A stretch of DNA of 64,000 nucleotides from a virus. Made by a program: the position numbers and the translations under genes. Below, piece after piece: positions 59,519-64,000 of the stretch (position 1 is the stretch's first letter; each line of letters begins with the position of its first letter). The stretch is taken from the IMG/VR virus record IMGVR_UViG_3300046314_000148, positions 1 to 64,000 of that record; one strand, given 5' to 3'. Below the pieces are notes generated by a model that saw only the letters and a program-made list of their open reading frames with translations, was not told where the DNA came from and did no database searches.

Positions 59519-60200
59519 TATTAAAGTTCTAGACGAAGGGTACGTAAGACTAGTAGACACTTTGGGTGACGATCTTTCAGTAGTAAATGCTGCTAGAGTA
59601 TCTTACGATAAAGAGTCATCAGAGTTTGAGCCACGTGATGAGAAGCTAATCAACTTCCTGGTACGTGAAGGTCATACCAGTCCATTCAGACACGCAGCAC
59701 TGACTTTCGAAGTCTATGCTCCGCTGTTCGTTGCACGTCAGTGGTGGAAGTATGCTGTTTCATCTAGTCACGTAGACGATCAGAACGGATGGAATGAATC
59801 ATCTCGCCGCTACATCACAGAAGATGAGCAGTTCTACATTCCTGGACCAGACGAGTGGCGTAGCAAGCCAGAGAATAGCAAGCAGGGTAGCGGTGAGCCA
59901 ATCAACGAAAATTTGGGGCAGTTCTACTTCAAGAAGCTAATCGAAACTGTAGCTAGCGGTACCAGCCTATATCACCAGGCAATGGATGACAACGTTGCTC
60001 CAGAGATTGCACGACTATTCTTGCCAGCATACGGAATGTATGTACGTTGGCGTTGGACCGCATCTCTACAGAGCGTAATGACTTTCCTAGACCAGCGACT
60101 CGGACATGATGCCCAGGTTGAAATCCAGGAGTATGCAAAGGCAGTAGAGAAGTTGACAGCAGAAGTATTCCCACAGACCATGAAGGCAGCAAGACAGTGA
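59511..60200 (+). CDS. thyX: Flavin-dependent thymidylate synthase
   Basis: VNAARVSY, GHTSPFRH, PLFVARQ, NESSRRY, PEIARLFLP, HDAQVEIQEYA. Confidence 0.92.
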   Translation: MTNIKVLDEGYVRLVDTLGDDLSVVNAARVSYDKESSEFEPRDEKLINFLVREGHTSPFRHAALTFEVYAPLFVARQWWKYAVSSSHVDDQNGWNESSRRYITEDEQFYIPGPDEWRSKPENSKQGSGEPINENLGQFYFKKLIETVASGTSLYHQAMDDNVAPEIARLFLPAYGMYVRWRWTASLQSVMTFLDQRLGHDAQVEIQEYAKAVEKLTAEVFPQTMKAARQ

Positions 60201-60736
60201 TTATTGGATTAAGCGGATATGCCCAGTCGGGCAAGGACACCGTTGCTGACTACCTAGTTAAGCAGCATGGCTTTACCAAGGTATCTTTTGCAGATCCTAT
60301 TAGACAGGCACTAATTCTTCTAGATCCAAAAGTAACTATCGCTGACATGCAGGGGGTTCCTTTATCTACTGCCGTTGCTGGCTTGGGTTGGGAGAATGTA
60401 AAGGTTGATAGTCCAGACGTTCGTGGCCTGATGCAGCGTATGGGCACAGAAGTTGGTCGCCAACTATTTGGTGAAAATTTCTGGGTTAATCAAGCTATGG
60501 CAAAAGCCGCAGAATACCCAAGAGTAGTTTTTGCAGATGTCCGCTTCGAGAACGAGGCAAAATCGATTCTCGAGGCATCTGGGGCCGTCTGGAGGGTATC
60601 TAAGCCAGGTGTTTATGCAGCAAATGGACACATATCGGAGACTTCTTTAGATAATTATTCATTTACTAAAGAGGTAAATAATATTGGTTCTTTGGAGGAC
60701 CTATATGAGACTGTAGATTATCTTATTAGTCATTAG
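60197..60736 (+). CDS. Deoxynucleoside monophosphate kinase
   Basis: GLSGYAQSGKDT, FADPIR, QRMGTEVGR, DVRFENE, HISE. Confidence 0.92.
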   Translation: MIIGLSGYAQSGKDTVADYLVKQHGFTKVSFADPIRQALILLDPKVTIADMQGVPLSTAVAGLGWENVKVDSPDVRGLMQRMGTEVGRQLFGENFWVNQAMAKAAEYPRVVFADVRFENEAKSILEASGAVWRVSKPGVYAANGHISETSLDNYSFTKEVNNIGSLEDLYETVDYLISH

Positions 60737-60741
60737 TCTTA

Positions 60742-60815
60742 GGGGTGTTAGCTCAGCTGGTTAGAGCAGCGGACTCATAATCCGTCGGTCGTGGGTTCAA
60801 GTCCCACACACCCCA
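60742..60815 (+). tRNA. tRNA with CAT anticodon, probably Ile2 (lysidine type)
   Basis: GCGGA-CTCATAA-TCCGT arm; lacks initiator features. Confidence 0.85.
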
Positions 60816-60819
60816 CTCT

Positions 60820-60893
60820 GCTCCAGTAGCTCAGTAGGTAAGAGCATCAGACTTATAAACTGAAGGCCGATGGTTCAATCCCATCCTGGAGTA
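60820..60893 (+). tRNA. tRNA-Ile(TAT)
   Basis: Loop CTTATAA; A31-A39 mismatch; A73. Confidence 0.85.
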
Positions 60894-60936
60894 CTTATGG
60901 TGTATTATAGTTATTAGACTATAGAAAGAAGAAGAT

Positions 60937-61464
60937 GTGGACATATCTATAAACAGTTTTCCAAGAAGTGGATCACAGTTTCTTAAGTTTAATCTAGATA
61001 ATATGATTGGACATCGAAGAGTTGCCAAAAATCCACCGAATCTTCATAAGATACTTAAAGATAGAAGCTACTTTCAGGTTGTTGTTGTCAGAAATCCGAG
61101 GGACACTGTAATATCCTGCATCGCTCATTCGGAATACCTTAGACACGGGAGCAGCAAGAACATAAAACAGGTGCTAGTAGACACCTTGCGAGAGTACTGT
61201 AATGCAATAGATAACTTTTTGGAAAATGTACAGCATATAAATCTTTACGATTTTGAATATCTGGATTGGGCAGTAATTGATATTGCAAACAAGGCAAAGA
61301 TTGATATTCCAGACAGCTTTGTCCTTACTCCAAAGCACTACAGTGTGAGCGACACAGATTTTTATCAGGACCTATTGGATGCAGACATAGATGACTCTTT
61401 ATTTGAAGAGGCAAATAAGAAGTACGAGTCAATCCTAAGCTTCTGCCAGAGACCTGCAGATTAA
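60937..61464 (+). CDS. Sulfotransferase-like protein
   Basis: SFPRSGSQFL 5'-PSB loop; VRNPRDTVIS 3'-PB motif. Confidence 0.75.
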   Translation: MDISINSFPRSGSQFLKFNLDNMIGHRRVAKNPPNLHKILKDRSYFQVVVVRNPRDTVISCIAHSEYLRHGSSKNIKQVLVDTLREYCNAIDNFLENVQHINLYDFEYLDWAVIDIANKAKIDIPDSFVLTPKHYSVSDTDFYQDLLDADIDDSLFEEANKKYESILSFCQRPAD

Positions 61465-62159
61465 TTAGAGCTAGCAGTACTTTCATATATAGATGGTTCT
61501 GGAAACATCTCCATCAGCATATCAAGAATCTTTTCAAACGAGCTGTCTTCTGTGGACAGGAAGTAGGATTCCCCACTCAGGAAGTCGTATGACCTAGAGC
61601 TCATCCTTCCCTTAGAGTATACCTTTACATCATTGCTTATCGATCCACCGATACCAAAGATGTTTCCATAGTTTGATCTTTCTAAGTATGGCATAGTGAG
61701 CACCTTGTCAAGCAGTATCTTATTCATGACCATCGGTACGTGGATGTCATAGTCTAGTGGATTTGGAATGCCAAGCTTAACCAGTCTCTTGTGAGTGCTT
61801 GCCAGCAGCCTAGTGTACACTGAGCTTGGGGTTAGCTTCTGATACAGGGACACACGATCTTCCAGCAGTCCACCATGCAGCACTGGAATAGAGTCTATCT
61901 TTTTAGTGATAAAGAAATCATCGTGCATTGAAACAAAGTCATCAGATATTTCATCGCTGCTCACTATGGCAGACATGCACTTCTTTATATTATCAAACTT
62001 ATACTGGGTATCTCGAATTGGAATAAAGTTTCCAGTGTACCACTTAGGCTTATAGCCAATGACCCATATGTTTCCAGGTGGTAGGTTTTCAACAACAGAT
62101 CGAATCGAGTATCGAAGCTCTTCGTTATCACCTTTACGACAGATGTAAACGTAATCCAT
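61461..62159 (-). CDS. Stealth-like sugar-phosphate transferase
   Basis: DNEELRYSIRSV and FVSMHDDFF resemble Stealth CR2. Confidence 0.6.
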   Translation of the reverse strand: MDYVYICRKGDNEELRYSIRSVVENLPPGNIWVIGYKPKWYTGNFIPIRDTQYKFDNIKKCMSAIVSSDEISDDFVSMHDDFFITKKIDSIPVLHGGLLEDRVSLYQKLTPSSVYTRLLASTHKRLVKLGIPNPLDYDIHVPMVMNKILLDKVLTMPYLERSNYGNIFGIGGSISNDVKVYSKGRMSSRSYDFLSGESYFLSTEDSSFEKILDMLMEMFPEPSIYESTASSN

Positions 62160-63193
62160 TATTCTCCGTGGTGATTAGGAAAAACCTTCGCAGTGTTCTC
62201 ACACATATCATCTACAAGATCAACGAAGGAACGCTTTCTAACCCATCCAAGCTTGGTAGAAGCCTTTGTGCAGTCTCCTAGAAGGGTCTCTACCTCTGCT
62301 GGTCTAAAGAACTTAGGGTTAATTCTAATAACAGTCTTGCCAGAAATGGTGTCAACACCAACCTCATCTAGGCCTTCACCCTGCCACTCGATCTTCATTC
62401 CGAAATAGTCTCCAGCCTTCTCAACAAACTCTCTGACCGAGTGCTGCTCTCCAGTAGAGATTACATAGTCATCGGGGGCATCCTGCTGTAGCATTAGCCA
62501 CATTGCGTATACGAAATCTTTTGCATGCCCCCAGTCTCGCATGGCATCTAGGTTGCCCAGCTCTAGGACATCCTGTCTTCCAACACTAATGTTGTTTAAA
62601 CCAAGAACGATTTTGCTTGTAACAAAGTTTACTCCACGTCTCGGGCTCTCGTGATTGAAGAGAATGCCGCTAGACGCATGCATACCGTAAGACTCTCTAT
62701 AGTTCTTGGTAATCCAGTGGCCATATAGCTTTGCTACACCGTAAGGAGAGCGAGGGTAGAAGTCTGTAGTTTCTTTCTGAGGTACTTCTTGGACAAGGCC
62801 AAACATCTCAGAGGTGCTTGCCTGATAGAAGCGAGTCTTATCCTTTAGTCCTAGAACTCGGATTGCCTCTAAGATTCTTAGTGGCCCAAGGGCATCTGTC
62901 TCAGCAGTAAACTCTGCGGTATCAAACGATACCTGGACATGGCTCTGAGCACCCAGGTTATAGACCTCATCTGGCTCAATGATCTTAATAAGATTAGTTA
63001 TTGACGCAGAGTCTGTCAAGTCTCCTTGGTGGAGAAATAGGCTGTCATTATCAAGAATGTTCTTGATTCGTGTAAAGTTATCAGTCGATGATCTACGAAC
63101 AAGTCCGTGTACTTCGTATCCGATGTTTAGCAGTAGTTCTGCCAAGTATGAACCATCTTGTCCAGTGATTCCCGTGATGAGAGCTTTCTTCAT
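62159..63193 (-). CDS. gmd: GDP-mannose 4,6-dehydratase
   Basis: [52 protein letters not shown]. Confidence 0.97.
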   Translation of the reverse strand: MKKALITGITGQDGSYLAELLLNIGYEVHGLVRRSSTDNFTRIKNILDNDSLFLHQGDLTDSASITNLIKIIEPDEVYNLGAQSHVQVSFDTAEFTAETDALGPLRILEAIRVLGLKDKTRFYQASTSEMFGLVQEVPQKETTDFYPRSPYGVAKLYGHWITKNYRESYGMHASSGILFNHESPRRGVNFVTSKIVLGLNNISVGRQDVLELGNLDAMRDWGHAKDFVYAMWLMLQQDAPDDYVISTGEQHSVREFVEKAGDYFGMKIEWQGEGLDEVGVDTISGKTVIRINPKFFRPAEVETLLGDCTKASTKLGWVRKRSFVDLVDDMCENTAKVFPNHHGE

Positions 63194-63260
63194 TTATAAT
63201 CCTATCTTATAAAAAGTATAGCATAAGAGACTATGGTACACTTGTTGTTAGGAGTTCACA

Positions 63261-64000
63261 TTGTCAAGAGTATTAGTATTATCTTCAACCCCAGACCCGT
63301 TCTCAGAAAATCATGGGGGTAAGCAGCGACTAGTAAAGTTACTGAGATCGCTTTCAACCAGGCATTCCGTCACCCTATTATCCCTTAGCTGGGAAGGGCA
63401 GGAGTTTCGCAAAGAGATATCCGAAAGACTTATCCACATATCAGTTGCAGTAGAGCCAGAGGTTATTCGTGCAGCCAGGGGAAGAACGACCCTTAAGAAG
63501 CCAAACAACGACACAAGAATTGCATACTTTAAAAGATACTTCAAGAGCTATAAGGCCAAGCTAAAGGACCTAGCAGAGGTTCACGACATCATTGTTGTAG
63601 ACCACTATGCAACAGCACCACTAGTTCATTCAGTCAAGACAGACATTCCAGTTTTCTATTCCTCTCAGAACTTTGAAACAGACCTTGCTAACCAGGTTTT
63701 CCCAAAAAGATCTGAAGATATCCGCATAGTAAATGAAACTGAGAAAGATATCATAGATCGATCATCTGCCATAGGATACTGTTCCGTAGATGACTTCGAG
63801 GCAATGAGGTCTCATTTCATTATTGATAAGCCAGCATATTACATTCCAAATGGAAATGATATGGTTCCTGGCATATCTGCTGGGGCAGGTCAGAAGTCAA
63901 AGAGAATTATCTTTATTGGAAGCGGTCACCCACCAAACATTATTGCAGCAGAAAGAGTTATAGAGTTGGCAAAGATGGTTCCAGACTATGACTTCGTAAT
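63261..64000 (+). CDS. GT4-like (GT-B) glycosyltransferase running off the window end (missing from the ORF track)
   Basis: SD AGGAG + TTG; SRVLVLS...HGGKQR...YIPNG...IIFIGSGHPPN. Confidence 0.75.
   Translation, partial: MSRVLVLSSTPDPFSENHGGKQRLVKLLRSLSTRHSVTLLSLSWEGQEFRKEISERLIHISVAVEPEVIRAARGRTTLKKPNNDTRIAYFKRYFKSYKAKLKDLAEVHDIIVVDHYATAPLVHSVKTDIPVFYSSQNFETDLANQVFPKRSEDIRIVNETEKDIIDRSSAIGYCSVDDFEAMRSHFIIDKPAYYIPNGNDMVPGISAGAGQKSKRIIFIGSGHPPNIIAAERVIELAKMVPDYDFV

Overview
This window is a 64-kb segment of a large lytic siphovirus-type bacteriophage genome, mostly coded on the + strand. The host is inferred to be an actinobacterium, plausibly a freshwater Microbacteriaceae member, from WhiB, actinobacterial-type NrdHIEF, DnaE, GroES and widespread leaderless genes. 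Order of modules: tail (tail tube end, two paralogous tail-assembly chaperones, 2612-aa tape measure, tail tip); replication/recombination (DnaB, primase, SSB, DnaE, RecA, Cas4-like nuclease, RuvC); terminase; class Ib ribonucleotide reductase; exported surface proteins; 13 tRNAs plus one tRNA-like RNA, in three clusters and one singleton; and a large accessory region of 2OG-Fe(II) oxygenases, glycosyltransferases (GT8 x2, GT32, GT60-like x2, GT4, Stealth-like), sugar-nucleotide enzymes, an APS kinase fusion and a sulfotransferase. Best candidates for new biology: (1) a phage-encoded hydroxyproline O-glycosylation/sulfation pathway whose enzyme families parallel the protist Skp1 pathway, with a Pro-rich exported candidate substrate; (2) a self-standing ~90-nt RNA carrying a near-copy of the 16S rRNA 790 loop, in a genome rich in leaderless starts and with one probable ATC start; (3) tail chaperones G and GT made by gene duplication rather than frameshifting; (4) several unexplained structured RNAs among the tRNAs. 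All family calls come from motif recognition by eye; no searches were run.
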